Shown here: positions 10,490 through 20,339 of the stretch, piece by piece
How positions within the stretch are numbered: the first letter of the stretch is position 1
Layout of the letters: every line of letters begins with the position of its first letter
IMG/VR virus record: IMGVR_UViG_2913167280_000003
Coordinates: 27,299 to 91,298 of that record
From: a virus
Taxonomy: Duplodnaviria > Heunggongvirae > Uroviricota > Caudoviricetes
Length of the DNA stretch: 64,000 nucleotides
Strand: one strand, 5' to 3'
The notes under the pieces: generated by a model
Database searches by the model: none
Told to the model about the DNA's origin: nothing
The model's input: only the letters and a program-made list of their open reading frames with translations
Made by a program: the position numbers and the translations under genes

Positions 10490-10575
10490 TACGCCCGAAT
10501 TATGGTGGGGCGTGATGGGGAGGCTTCGGCCTGCTGGTTTCGTAAGTGCCAGTCTGTCAACCCTGTCACGTCCTG
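10490..10575 (+). ncRNA. c4: c4-like antisense RNA (immI repressor RNA); exact ends not determined
   Basis: Contains a' CGTAAGT (10541-10547) and b' CTGTCAA (10554-10560), complementary to b1/a1 (TTGACAG 10415-10421, ACTTACG 10429-10435) and b2/a2 (10584-10590, 10612-10618); a2 overlaps the icd RBS. Confidence 0.55.
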
Positions 10576-10629
10576 CCACCTGTTTGACAGCGGGTCGCAG
10601 GTTGTTTATCAACTTACGAGGCCGTAACT

Positions 10630-10851
10630 ATGGTTAATGCCAATCCTTGCGCACGCCAAGAATTCATCTGGCGTTTCTATTCCTGTAAAAAACACCACTA
10701 TCACTTCGTTATCGCAGCAACAGAAGACGAAGCACGCTCTCAATTGCCTGATGGCCCCTGCATTTTTACTGCCCGTTTTTCGACTAACTCGCGCAATTCA
10801 CTTAGTTACTGGAACCTCCCCTTCTCTGCCGACGTTCAGGGGGTTTTATGA
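10630..10851 (+). CDS. icd: Icd-like cell-division interference protein (73 aa)
   Basis: 73-aa ORF immediately downstream of c4 target a2/b2, stop overlapping ant start (ATGA); arrangement as in P1 immI. Confidence 0.65.
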   Translation: MVNANPCARQEFIWRFYSCKKHHYHFVIAATEDEARSQLPDGPCIFTARFSTNSRNSLSYWNLPFSADVQGVL

Positions 10852-11885
10852 AAAAACCTCTCGTCACCCGGAATGAAATAGCCGAAGCGGTCGCCCTGCA
10901 TACTGCCTGTATGCCGACACGGGAGATCCCCGGCGCAATTGCCAACTACTTCATGATAACCAGGCGTTTTTATACCCGAACAGATAAGGCTGTGATCAAC
11001 AGGCTACTGATAGCCGAGATCAGGGATTATTTGATTGAACAAGGACGTCTACGTTACGCAACAGTGGCAGCAGAAATGAGAAAGGAGGCACATAGAATGA
11101 CCGGTAATAATTTGAATGTTGAAAAACCAGCACCTGTTACGTCAGCTACGCCAGCACCAGCCGTGAATATTATCCCCAACACCGGAGACACAATCGACAG
11201 CCTGACACTGTTAAAGATGGTCAATGAAGCGCGTAAGTTATGTGGGGAACCAGAGGTTCGGAACAACAAATTCATCGAAAAAATACTCGATGAGCTTGAT
11301 GGTGAGCACTACACAAAAAGTGTAGTGGAAAAAATGAACAAAACATCAATGCTTGTCATAACCATGACCTACAAACAAGCCCTGCGAGTCGCCGCGCGCG
11401 AATCAAAAGCTGTCCGCCGTTCGCTGATCGACAAACTGGAAGAATTGCAGCAGGCAAACTCCCCTACCCCATCGATCCCCCAAACATTACCAGAAGCCCT
11501 ACGCCTGGCTGCCGAGTTGGCAGAACAGAAAATGCAGCTGGAACAACAGCTGGTGGCCGCAGCCCCTAAAGTCGATTTTGCCGACCGGGTATCAGTGGCT
11601 AATGGAATCCTGATCGGGAACTTTGCAAAGGTCGTTGGACTGAAGCAAAACGCCCTTTTCTCATGGTTGCGCCAGAACGGCATTCTCATGGCTTTTGGTG
11701 CGCGCAAAAACGTACCGCGCCAACAGTACATCAACGCCGGGTATTTCACGGTGAAAGAAGTGGTGCTGGATGATGAAAATGGCTACCAGATACGGCTGAC
11801 GCCCCAATTAACGGGTAAAGGCCAGCAGTGGTTAACTCGTAAGCTACTTGCTACTGGTTTGTTAAAACCAGTAGCAATAGGTTAA
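10848..11885 (+). CDS. ant: antirepressor Ant (345 aa)
   Basis: Position after icd; C-terminal domain (PEALRLAAELAEQKMQLEQQLV...GKGQQWL) is the KilA-C/ANT-type domain shared with the KilA ORF at 12049. Confidence 0.7.
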   Translation: MKKPLVTRNEIAEAVALHTACMPTREIPGAIANYFMITRRFYTRTDKAVINRLLIAEIRDYLIEQGRLRYATVAAEMRKEAHRMTGNNLNVEKPAPVTSATPAPAVNIIPNTGDTIDSLTLLKMVNEARKLCGEPEVRNNKFIEKILDELDGEHYTKSVVEKMNKTSMLVITMTYKQALRVAARESKAVRRSLIDKLEELQQANSPTPSIPQTLPEALRLAAELAEQKMQLEQQLVAAAPKVDFADRVSVANGILIGNFAKVVGLKQNALFSWLRQNGILMAFGARKNVPRQQYINAGYFTVKEVVLDDENGYQIRLTPQLTGKGQQWLTRKLLATGLLKPVAIG

Positions 11886-11962
11886 CAAAAGAAAAAACCT
11901 GCCAGCGAACTGGCAGGTTTCTGAGCAGTTCGACCAACCCGATCTGGATCGAGTTAGAAAAA

Positions 11963-11979
11963 TTTGCTCTAATAAATTT
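11963..11979 (+). promoter_or_regulatory. C1 operator-like site upstream of kilA (Op53 position)
   Basis: TTGCTCTAATAAATTT core seen directly; about 70 bp upstream of the kilA start. Confidence 0.7.
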
Positions 11980-12048
11980 CGTTTTCTAAGTGCAAAGAAT
12001 CACCATTTCGAGCTGGTGATTGAAGGTTGATGCAAATTTGGAGAAAAA

Positions 12049-12849
12049 ATGCAACAAACATTCAATGCGGATATGAATATATCAAACCTTCATCAAAATG
12101 TCGATCCTTCAACCACTCTACCTGTTATTTGTGGTGTTGAAATTACGACCGACCGCGCTGGCCGTTACAACCTTAATGCTCTACACAGAGCGAGCGGACT
12201 CGGTGCCCATAAAGCGCCAGCTCAATGGCTAAGAACGCTGTCAGCCAAACAGCTCATTGAAGAGCTTGAAAAAGAAACTATGCAGAATTGCATAGTTTCG
12301 TTCGAAGGCCGTGGCGGCGGCACTTTTGCCCATGAATTGCTCGCTGTGGAGTACGCAGGCTGGATTTCTCCCGCGTTTCGGCTGAAGGTAAACCAGACAT
12401 TTATCGACTATCGAGCCGGAAGATTACAACCAGCTATTCCGCAGAGTCTCCCTGAAGCACTCCGTTTGGCAGCCGACCTGGCAGAGCAAAAGCAACGCCT
12501 GGAGCAAAAAATGCTTATGGATGCCCCTAAAGTCGAATTCGCCGAACGCGTTGCTACCGCCAGCGGGGTTCTAATAGGCAACTATGCCAAAGTGCTCGGC
12601 CTGGGCCAAAACTATCTCTTCACCTGGTTGCGTGATAACGGAATTCTGATCGCAACCGGTGAACGCAGGAACGTCCCCAAACAAGAATACATCTCTCGTG
12701 GGTACTTCACCCTCAAAGAAACCGTGATCGATACAAGCAACGGAAGCAGGATTTCTTTCACGACTCGTATAACCGGCAAAGGTCAGCAGTGGCTGATGAA
12801 GCGATTGCTTGATGCTGGTGTGCTGGTACCTGTCGCGGCAACGCACTAA
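12049..12849 (+). CDS. kilA: KilA (KilA-N plus KilA-C domains, 266 aa)
   Basis: 266 aa as P1 KilA; KilA-N-like N-terminus (VICGVEITTDRAGRYNLNALHRASG) and ANT/KilA-C C-terminus; followed by repL. Confidence 0.8.
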   Translation: MQQTFNADMNISNLHQNVDPSTTLPVICGVEITTDRAGRYNLNALHRASGLGAHKAPAQWLRTLSAKQLIEELEKETMQNCIVSFEGRGGGTFAHELLAVEYAGWISPAFRLKVNQTFIDYRAGRLQPAIPQSLPEALRLAADLAEQKQRLEQKMLMDAPKVEFAERVATASGVLIGNYAKVLGLGQNYLFTWLRDNGILIATGERRNVPKQEYISRGYFTLKETVIDTSNGSRISFTTRITGKGQQWLMKRLLDAGVLVPVAATH

Positions 12850-12878
12850 CAGACGTAGTAAGAACCACCAGCATTGTA

Positions 12879-13724
12879 ATGCTAGCTAAAGTCACTTTCC
12901 TGAGCTGTATAACGATGAGCGATTTTACTTTTTCTGGCTATGAATTGGCCTGCTTTGTAACACACTCCGGTCTATCCCGTAGCGCCGGGCATATCCTGTC
13001 GCAATGTGCAAATCTCGCGGCAACAACCAGTGAATACTTCATTCATAAGCCTCACCGCCTGATCGCGGCAGAAACAGGTTATAGCCAATCAACCGTCGTT
13101 CGTGCATTCCGTGAAGCTGTAAACAAAGGAATCCTGTCTGTAGAGATTGTTATCGGCGATCACCGTGAACGCCGTGCTAACCTGTACCGGTTTACACCAT
13201 CCTTTTTGGCCTTCGCACAACAAGCTAAAAACGCGCTGACTGAAAGCAAATTAAAGATCTCTTCAGCCGCAACCAAGGTTAAAGCTGTTCTCGCTAAGAC
13301 ATTGGCTTTATTTGATTTTTTATCCACACCCCCATGTCAAAATGATACCCCCTCCCCCTGTCAGGATGACGTGGCAATAAAGAATAAGAAGTCACAAGTT
13401 AAAAAAACAAAAAGATCAGTTTCCGGCGGTGCCGGAACGACCAGACTCAAAAAATTGACTTCATGGATCGCTGAGGCAAAAGCAAAGGCTGACAATCTGC
13501 GGTTATCCAAAAAACGCGCTCAAAAACATGAGTTCAAGCAGAAAGTAGAGGCGGCTGCGCGGAAATATGCTTACCTGAAGAACAAGCGTTCGCCTGATAT
13601 TGGCGGGATATCAAACTTCGATAACCTACCGCATTGCATGACGGTAAACGAAGCTCTTAATGCGGTTTTAGCCAAAAATAAAGATAACGAACAATGGGGT
13701 ATACCGGCGGGATTCAGAGGGTGA
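12879..13724 (+). CDS. repL: RepL lytic-replicon initiator (281 aa); oriL expected inside
   Basis: 281-aa ORF directly after kilA, same size and order as P1 kilA-repL. Confidence 0.75.
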   Translation: MLAKVTFLSCITMSDFTFSGYELACFVTHSGLSRSAGHILSQCANLAATTSEYFIHKPHRLIAAETGYSQSTVVRAFREAVNKGILSVEIVIGDHRERRANLYRFTPSFLAFAQQAKNALTESKLKISSAATKVKAVLAKTLALFDFLSTPPCQNDTPSPCQDDVAIKNKKSQVKKTKRSVSGGAGTTRLKKLTSWIAEAKAKADNLRLSKKRAQKHEFKQKVEAAARKYAYLKNKRSPDIGGISNFDNLPHCMTVNEALNAVLAKNKDNEQWGIPAGFRG

Positions 13725-13761
13725 TAGATTGCTCTAATCTGGAGTCACCTGGCGTTTTCAG

Positions 13762-14019
13762 TTGAGATCGGAGATGCAATCTGATTTTTTACAGTTAGCG
13801 ATCGCTTTTACAGGATATGTTTGCATTGGCTTCTGTGTATACATGATCAGCCGAAAAATGCTTGTCGATATCGACCGCAAAGAACGAGCAGAGGAAATCT
13901 TAGTATGGATTTTCTTTGGCGCGGTCTGGCCATTAGGGATCATGTTTGCTGCAACGTTTCTTCTGATGTGGATATTCACCATTCCAGGTGATTTATATAG
14001 AAAAAAAGCCAGACATTGA
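13762..14019 (+). CDS. possible small membrane protein (85 aa, 2 hydrophobic segments)
   Basis: ORF with two TM-like stretches (FLQLAIAFTGYVCIGFCVYMI, ILVWIFFGAVWPLGIMFAATFLLMWIF); an antisense ORF overlaps, so coding strand uncertain. Confidence 0.3.
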   Translation: MRSEMQSDFLQLAIAFTGYVCIGFCVYMISRKMLVDIDRKERAEEILVWIFFGAVWPLGIMFAATFLLMWIFTIPGDLYRKKARH

Positions 14020-14201
14020 TACAATCGCTGCGGGTGCTTGAGGCTATCTGCTTCAGGCACTACCCGACAAGCAGATAGAAGAAAGCCCCAGATAACATTA
14101 CGCGTCCTGCAAGACGCTTAACATTAATCTGAGGCCATATCTATGCTTAGCATACGTAGATTAGCCCTCTCCCCTTTTTAGGAGCAAGGAATTTTTTACT
14201 G

Positions 14202-14834
14202 CTATGCCGCCTTTCCAATTATGGATTCAGCGACCAGAACAACCCCATGCTTACTTCTATCTGGGTGTTCACTCCATATCTCGGATTCAGGAATACTTAC
14301 CCCGTCATAGCAAACACGTTCGCCGTCAAACGGGTAATACTGAGCGGCATCGGTGTCGAGGATAAACACTTTTAGCTCGGAAGAGCGACGGGCGATGTGT
14401 TGCCAAAGAGCTTTTCCACCTTCGTATTGCTCATTATCACTGAGCAAAACAACACCAGCTTTTGAGGCTACGGTTTCGTAAACAAAAGTAGCTAAACCGA
14501 CATCCCGGACGGTTCCATCAACCACGATACCTTCAATCTGGGCAACATCGCTATCCTCCCAGAACTTCCTTACAAGTACGCCTTCAAGCTGCGGGCGACG
14601 TTGAAGTTCAAGAGTAGCGACAACCTTATGGCGCATATCACCATCGATAACAGAAGGCGCAGCCTCTATTACAGCTGCAAATGGGGTTTTGGAATCCCAT
14701 ATAACCTGGTAAAGCACACCCTGGATGGTAACTCCGTCCAGGATCGAAAATCGACGAGCGACAGTACCCGGGGAGTACGACATTGGAATCACAGCCATTT
14801 TAGAGTCCCCCTTTAACAGTACAGGCACAAACAT
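14202..14834 (-). CDS. hypothetical protein (210 aa; possibly starts at internal Met MAVIPMSY)
   Basis: ORF in track; no motif recognised. Confidence 0.45.
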   Translation of the reverse strand: MFVPVLLKGDSKMAVIPMSYSPGTVARRFSILDGVTIQGVLYQVIWDSKTPFAAVIEAAPSVIDGDMRHKVVATLELQRRPQLEGVLVRKFWEDSDVAQIEGIVVDGTVRDVGLATFVYETVASKAGVVLLSDNEQYEGGKALWQHIARRSSELKVFILDTDAAQYYPFDGERVCYDGVSIPESEIWSEHPDRSKHGVVLVAESIIGKAA

Positions 14835-14921
14835 CTACCTCAATAATTGTAGTTTATTAGAACATTAATAATCTAACATAAAACTCAAGACAATGTTATC
14901 GATGCATTCTTATATAAAATA

Positions 14922-14950
14922 GTTATAAAAAAAGCTCCCGAAGGAGCTTT
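14922..14950 (-). terminator. intrinsic terminator (AGCTCC-loop-GGAGCT with flanking A/T runs, potentially bidirectional)
   Basis: Minus-strand reading gives hairpin followed by TTTTTTT directly after stop of gene 14970-15479. Confidence 0.65.
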
Positions 14951-14969
14951 AAAATACAAGGGATGACTC

Positions 14970-15479
14970 TTAATCCCACTCAATCCAGTTGTAGACGATA
15001 CGAAGTGACGGGCGCACAGCGGCAGTCACATCTTCGGTACTAAAGTCGATTGCATCACAGTAGATCTTGCAGTCCAACATTTCAATTGTTGTAGCAGCTT
15101 TTGTCACGGCGTTAACCCCGGAAGATTTGGATTCAGGGGTCGCAGCCATCGTGATATCAACATAGTCCTTCGCCGCAATGCGATCTTTAATGAACTGAAG
15201 AATATCGCCTTCGATAGTCTCCACGCACTGGACCTGGATTTCCCCGGAGTTACGGATTGGACCGTGCTGGTTGAACTTCACACCATTCGGACCATAGTCC
15301 TCCACATCCTCGCGGGTCATTTCAGGGATCTGCGACGAGCGGACCAGTACGCTGATATCTTCATGGCCTGCAAAAGTGAGCTGGAATTCAGAAGATACGA
15401 GTCGTTCGCCTTTGGCCGCGTTGGCAGTATAGCGGCCCTTAATAAATTTACGGTTTCCCTTAGTGTTATTGTGTCCCAT
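14970..15479 (-). CDS. hypothetical virion protein (169 aa)
   Basis: ORF in minus-strand late gene block; followed by terminator. Confidence 0.5.
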   Translation of the reverse strand: MGHNNTKGNRKFIKGRYTANAAKGERLVSSEFQLTFAGHEDISVLVRSSQIPEMTREDVEDYGPNGVKFNQHGPIRNSGEIQVQCVETIEGDILQFIKDRIAAKDYVDITMAATPESKSSGVNAVTKAATTIEMLDCKIYCDAIDFSTEDVTAAVRPSLRIVYNWIEWD

Positions 15480-15490
15480 ATAAAATCCTT

Positions 15491-16072
15491 TTACTGGAAC
15501 GCCCGAATAATATCGGAGCTGTTATATATCGAAGAACCGGTCAACTGGAGGTTGACGGTGTTTTTCAGGAAATGCCCATTACTATCCCTGGGGGCATCGA
15601 GATCGAAACTAAGGTCCTGGATAGCGACATCAATGATGTTGATCCGGCGACCAATGTTTAGCGTCACACGCTCCGGGATTCGACCACCAATACTGGCGTC
15701 TTTAAGTTCCGGGCTAATCATTGCTGACAACGCGGCGATAGCACCTGAAACTTCCGTATATGGGTTAAACAAAGCAATGAAAGTTACTGGCAGCGTGAAA
15801 GTCGGCGGTGTCCCCCCTTCCCAAACCATTAAGCTGTTCCAACGGGCAACTGACGTTGTTTCAGTACCAACCTGCGCAAAACCACTGAAGGCACCAGCAA
15901 CAGAACCCATAGACATACCGGTAAACGGCGCTTCCCAATTCTGGGCCAGATTCATTGCCGCCCCCTGGCTGATATATCCGGTAACCTGGTACTGAGAGTT
16001 CGTTAAAGTAACTTTCAGAAATGGCGATACACCGTCAGCCTGGCTGTAAACCCCAAAAGGTATAGGTACCAT
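15491..16072 (-). CDS. hypothetical virion protein (193 aa)
   Basis: ORF in minus-strand late gene block. Confidence 0.5.
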   Translation of the reverse strand: MVPIPFGVYSQADGVSPFLKVTLTNSQYQVTGYISQGAAMNLAQNWEAPFTGMSMGSVAGAFSGFAQVGTETTSVARWNSLMVWEGGTPPTFTLPVTFIALFNPYTEVSGAIAALSAMISPELKDASIGGRIPERVTLNIGRRINIIDVAIQDLSFDLDAPRDSNGHFLKNTVNLQLTGSSIYNSSDIIRAFQ

Positions 16073-16107
16073 TCAAGTTAAAGGCCGGAGTTCTCCGGCC
16101 TCCTCCT

Positions 16108-16920
16108 TTAGCCGAGGCGCTTACGGCGCAGTTTCATTGACTTTTTGCGGGCCAGTTTTGCCGCGCCGGTCTGGGCTTTACGACGCGCTTTTTTCAGCGC
16201 CGATTTTTGAGCCGCAGTCAGACGTTTTTTACGCAGACGTTTACGGATGAGCTTGATCTCACCGTTACGAACAACCTTCTTAAATGCTTCAGTCAGCATT
16301 TCATCAGAAGTGCCAGCAACAACAAACGCCGCTTCCAGTTCGTCGCGGTCGTCGCTATCCAAACCAGCGATAGCGGAACCAACATCAGCAGCTGCGTCGT
16401 CGTCTTCATCGTCGGCCAGTGCTTCGATCAGGTCATCATCTACACCGCATGCTGCGAGGAAGTCAGCAACATTTGCCCATGCTTCGTTATAGGCATCGTC
16501 CTGTTCTTCTGTAACTTCGGTGTCGTCGTCAGAGATACCAGCAATAGCCTGAACGAAACCATCAAGGGAGTCGAAAGTCAGATCACCGCTATCAGCCCAG
16601 GCGAAAACGGCATCGGCCGCATTACTCAACGCATTCTGCATAGCACTTCGATTTGCAGCTTCCAGAATCATCTTGTGCGCCTGTTCGACGGTCCATTCTT
16701 TACCATCTTTTCCTTCCAGGATTTGCTCAGGTGCCGGGTCAGATTGAACGTTCTCGTTAATCTGTGCCGCCGGTTCCGGATTATTATTAATCACCGGTTC
16801 GGTTGGCGGTTGGGCACTTGCACGGGCAGATTCCATCAACTGAACCGGATCAGCGTTCAAAGCGAAACGGGACAATTCATTCCCCAAAAATGCCCCGGAT
16901 TGAAAAAAGTTTTTGCTCAT
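16108..16920 (-). CDS. hypothetical virion protein with acidic core and strongly basic C-terminal tail (270 aa)
   Basis: Asp/Glu-rich centre, C-terminus KLIRKRLRKKRLTAAQKSALKKARRKAQTGAAKLARKKSMKLRRKRLG. Confidence 0.5.
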   Translation of the reverse strand: MSKNFFQSGAFLGNELSRFALNADPVQLMESARASAQPPTEPVINNNPEPAAQINENVQSDPAPEQILEGKDGKEWTVEQAHKMILEAANRSAMQNALSNAADAVFAWADSGDLTFDSLDGFVQAIAGISDDDTEVTEEQDDAYNEAWANVADFLAACGVDDDLIEALADDEDDDAAADVGSAIAGLDSDDRDELEAAFVVAGTSDEMLTEAFKKVVRNGEIKLIRKRLRKKRLTAAQKSALKKARRKAQTGAAKLARKKSMKLRRKRLG

Positions 16921-16929
16921 TGTATTCCC

Positions 16930-18519
16930 TTACTTAATAAGCAGCGGTACGCCCTGGATACGACGGGCTACACCTGTCGGGCAGCAGGCCCAGACCACTT
17001 CCCATTTATCGAATTCCGCCTGCGTAACTTTCAGCACATACGGTTCTGTACCGTCAGCATCCGGATCACGAGGAGCCACCAGAGCGCCGGAGGCAACAAA
17101 GCGATCTAAAAGTTTGGTCATCCCTTTAGTCAGGCCAGCCGCAGTAATGCCGTCCGGGCTATGCTTCATCTGTCTGGCTAACTGGACAAAGAAACGGCTG
17201 ATTGCGTTCATCAGGGATGGGACGTGCTGGAAGTGCAGATAGTTATCCTGCGTGCAGCAAGTTAGAGCGTCGTCGATGATCATCTGGCCAGAGGTGCCCA
17301 CAGATACTTTATTCAGACGGCCCTTAACCATTGCTTCTTCGTCCGGGGTATCTTCCGGATACAGCGGTTGAATTGATGCACGAGCAATGACGGCACGTTC
17401 TTCACCAGCCGGTGAGTAATGCCAACCGCCGACATCGGAATTTTTCTTAACGCCACGGGCTTTTGCCGCATACGCCGTGCCAGACAAACCGAAGACCACA
17501 CGGGATTGGGTCCATTTGTCTTTGCAGGAGAACGGGTAGTGATAGAAAGCACAGCTTACATAATCGGTACCAAGTAAACCGGTATCTTCAACAGCAGAGA
17601 GCGCTTCCGTATACGTCAATGTCGGTTTGACATCAAAGAAGCCATCAATCAGGCGATCAGAACAGATATTACCTAACGCGGTGATCGCCGCATTGTCATA
17701 GCAACCCAGGCCGAGAACAGCGGTGTACATGTACGGCGCATTGTTCAGCACCTTAACCGCACGCAGGTAGGCTTCGGTGGAGATTTTCGACTGATCGCCG
17801 TTGGTACCGCCAGTGAACGCCAGTGATTTTTTATTTGTTACTTTCGCGGTCGAAATCAGCTCTTCATTAACAACCGCGCGCAGATATTTAGAACGGGCTT
17901 CCAGAGCCGTAGGCAGATAACACAATCGGCCCATATCATCTTTCGCTTCTTCCGCCAAAGATACAATATGTGTCTCCAGGGTCGTAACCACACCGAGCGA
18001 AGTCGTCTGGGTCAGTTTCAGGAGGAAGCGTTCATTACCTGCGCTGTCCGCAGCTGCCGTTTCGATGGTTAACTCACGCGTAGGTGAAACGCATGGGTCG
18101 CCGTCATCAACGTAGATCGCAAAGGCTTCGCCGCTATCAAGTTCAATTTCAGAACCGTATGGCAACGCGCTGTAAGCCGGTTCGCCTGATTCATCGAACA
18201 TGATAATCGGGAACTTCGCATCATCCGGAACAGCACGAACAACGTAACCAGACGTTTGCTGAATAGCTTCGTACACATGACGAATTGATTCGAACTGTGA
18301 GCCGGAAGACGGTTTCAGCGGTTCGCCGAGAACATCTTCGTAATTGGACTCAGTAACAGCGAGAACAGTAAACGGCTTGCCACGCGCAAATACGCCAATA
18401 CCAGCCCATAAGCTGCTATTTAATGCCACACCGGTAGATAACGTCGCATCGGCATTGATCGGGCTAACCGCGACGCCGGATGCATTACCTAATGACTGTT
18501 GAATTGAATATTGAGACAT
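16930..18519 (-). CDS. tail sheath-sized structural protein (529 aa; P1 gp22 position)
   Basis: Size and synteny only (second gene upstream of parB on the opposite side of parS). Confidence 0.5.
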   Translation of the reverse strand: MSQYSIQQSLGNASGVAVSPINADATLSTGVALNSSLWAGIGVFARGKPFTVLAVTESNYEDVLGEPLKPSSGSQFESIRHVYEAIQQTSGYVVRAVPDDAKFPIIMFDESGEPAYSALPYGSEIELDSGEAFAIYVDDGDPCVSPTRELTIETAAADSAGNERFLLKLTQTTSLGVVTTLETHIVSLAEEAKDDMGRLCYLPTALEARSKYLRAVVNEELISTAKVTNKKSLAFTGGTNGDQSKISTEAYLRAVKVLNNAPYMYTAVLGLGCYDNAAITALGNICSDRLIDGFFDVKPTLTYTEALSAVEDTGLLGTDYVSCAFYHYPFSCKDKWTQSRVVFGLSGTAYAAKARGVKKNSDVGGWHYSPAGEERAVIARASIQPLYPEDTPDEEAMVKGRLNKVSVGTSGQMIIDDALTCCTQDNYLHFQHVPSLMNAISRFFVQLARQMKHSPDGITAAGLTKGMTKLLDRFVASGALVAPRDPDADGTEPYVLKVTQAEFDKWEVVWACCPTGVARRIQGVPLLIK

Positions 18520-18578
18520 AACTTTTCCTGTTATGCGCCCCCGCGGGGGCGCTATGTTAAACGGAGAGCTTCCCCTGA

Positions 18579-20306
18579 TTACTCAGAGTCACCAGCATCA
18601 ATCGTGTTACCGGTCAGGAAGTTAATTCCGCCATTTTTGGCCATAGTCAGAGTTACACGGGTGAAGTAGTCAGCACCGTTGCGTGGATGCATATCGTTGA
18701 TAGCAGAACCCCACAGAGTGGTTCGGTTGACCAGTGCCGGGGTGGTCGGATGCTGGAATGGGATAGCTGGGACCGCATCACCAGTCACGAAGCCTGCCTT
18801 GCCCGGATTTTCATCACGGACGTAGCACAGCACATCCATCGGGCTGAACTGGATACCTTCGGCGGTCAGGTTCGTGCAAATACCCTCAGGTACTTCGTAC
18901 ACCTTCACGTTACCGAACAGGGTGCCGATGAAGTGAACGTACGGAGTCTGGGTATAGTCTTCAGCTGGCTGGAAGAAATCCTTCGGAAGCTGTTTGAAGA
19001 AAGATGCTGCATCAGCACCAGCAAACATCCCCATCGCACCAGAAGATTTAACGCGCTCAATAATGTCGCGATATACAGTCTGGAATTTGCCGCGAATGAT
19101 GGTTGCCCATACATCAAAGGATTGGTTAACCGGCAGAGCGATGTCAAAGGAGTCGGTCGCAAGAGTACGCCAGATCATGATGCGAAGACGCAGCATATCC
19201 TGTTCATGAGACAGGTATTCCTTCAGGGTGCGGAACTGTAGGGAACCCAGGTCCAGACCAAACTCACGCTGTGCTTCATACGCCGCCTGTACCGTGTGCT
19301 CAGCCGCGATAACGAACTGGCTTGGGAACAAGGTGTATTTCTTCATTTCGTGGTTGATCAGCGGGATAAGCTCAGGAGCGGCTTCAATATTGATTTCCGT
19401 CTCAATTGCGATCTCAGTGCCTTTATCCGGCGCTTTGGAGAACGACAGGGCAATCTGACCAATGTTGTAGTTCAGAGAGCAGGTAACAGTGATTTGCTCC
19501 CCAGCAGCATTAGTAAACGAGTGAAGTAGGCTGCCGGAGCCGTTATCAACAACAGACTTAATACGGTTAACGTAGATGTTAGTGCGACCTTTGCGAATTG
19601 GGACATTCTGGCCTTCGAAGTCTTCCATCTTGAAGGTTGCGGTTTTGCTGGTGCCATCGGAGCTTGCCACCAGCACATAGCGGCGGCGTAACTGGCTGTA
19701 CACACCAACGGACTGCATGTCCAGAACATCACCAGCAGCATAAGAACCAAAAGAAGAACCCGCCACGTTAAAGACTTCGTAGATGTCGGACTGGTCACGC
19801 GTAACCGGAATGAAGGTACACGCATCAGCGGTAGCTGCCCCCAACTGAACAGGCAGGATCATCGCCAGGAATAAAGGCAGACGCATAACACCGTCAGAAA
19901 CACTCATCATCTCTGCCGCGACTGATTCCAGCATCGCTTTATTGGTGGAGTCCATGCTATTGCGGGTGGACTCAATCAGGCAGTTTTCCAGCGTCTGGTG
20001 GCAGGAGGCCAGAATTTCCGGACGCGGCATAGATTTATGTGTTGCGGCATAGTCAGCCAGTGCACTTGCCCATGCGGTAGCAATTTGAGCGGTGGCATTA
20101 TCAGAAATACCCGCAAAAATCGGGTCTTTGCGTGCAGCTTCAAGGATAGATGCGGCACGCGCGGCATCATCTTTGATGAATTGGTTATCAGTACCGAACT
20201 GTGCTGTACTTGCCCAGCCAAGAACGGCTTTAGAGCGTTTTGCGATATCTGCAATACGATTCTGGTATTCGCGTAAGTTACTCAAGTTACTCTTCCTTAA
20301 ACACAA
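18579..20306 (-). CDS. major capsid-sized structural protein (575 aa; P1 gp23 position)
   Basis: Size and synteny only (adjacent to parS/parB as P1 gene 23). Confidence 0.5.
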   Translation of the reverse strand: MCLRKSNLSNLREYQNRIADIAKRSKAVLGWASTAQFGTDNQFIKDDAARAASILEAARKDPIFAGISDNATAQIATAWASALADYAATHKSMPRPEILASCHQTLENCLIESTRNSMDSTNKAMLESVAAEMMSVSDGVMRLPLFLAMILPVQLGAATADACTFIPVTRDQSDIYEVFNVAGSSFGSYAAGDVLDMQSVGVYSQLRRRYVLVASSDGTSKTATFKMEDFEGQNVPIRKGRTNIYVNRIKSVVDNGSGSLLHSFTNAAGEQITVTCSLNYNIGQIALSFSKAPDKGTEIAIETEINIEAAPELIPLINHEMKKYTLFPSQFVIAAEHTVQAAYEAQREFGLDLGSLQFRTLKEYLSHEQDMLRLRIMIWRTLATDSFDIALPVNQSFDVWATIIRGKFQTVYRDIIERVKSSGAMGMFAGADAASFFKQLPKDFFQPAEDYTQTPYVHFIGTLFGNVKVYEVPEGICTNLTAEGIQFSPMDVLCYVRDENPGKAGFVTGDAVPAIPFQHPTTPALVNRTTLWGSAINDMHPRNGADYFTRVTLTMAKNGGINFLTGNTIDAGDSE

Positions 20307-20339
20307 GGCACTTGTGTGAATCCCTTTTCGGAAGAGATT

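Noticed and set aside
10337-10612. 91-aa minus-strand ORF across the immI leader
   Set aside because: It overlaps the c4 RNA region and its complementary target elements; Arg/Cys-rich translation with no coding features.
18687-19241. 184-aa plus-strand ORF inside the capsid-sized gene
   Set aside because: Antisense to a long well-formed minus-strand ORF in the late operon; Arg-rich translation.
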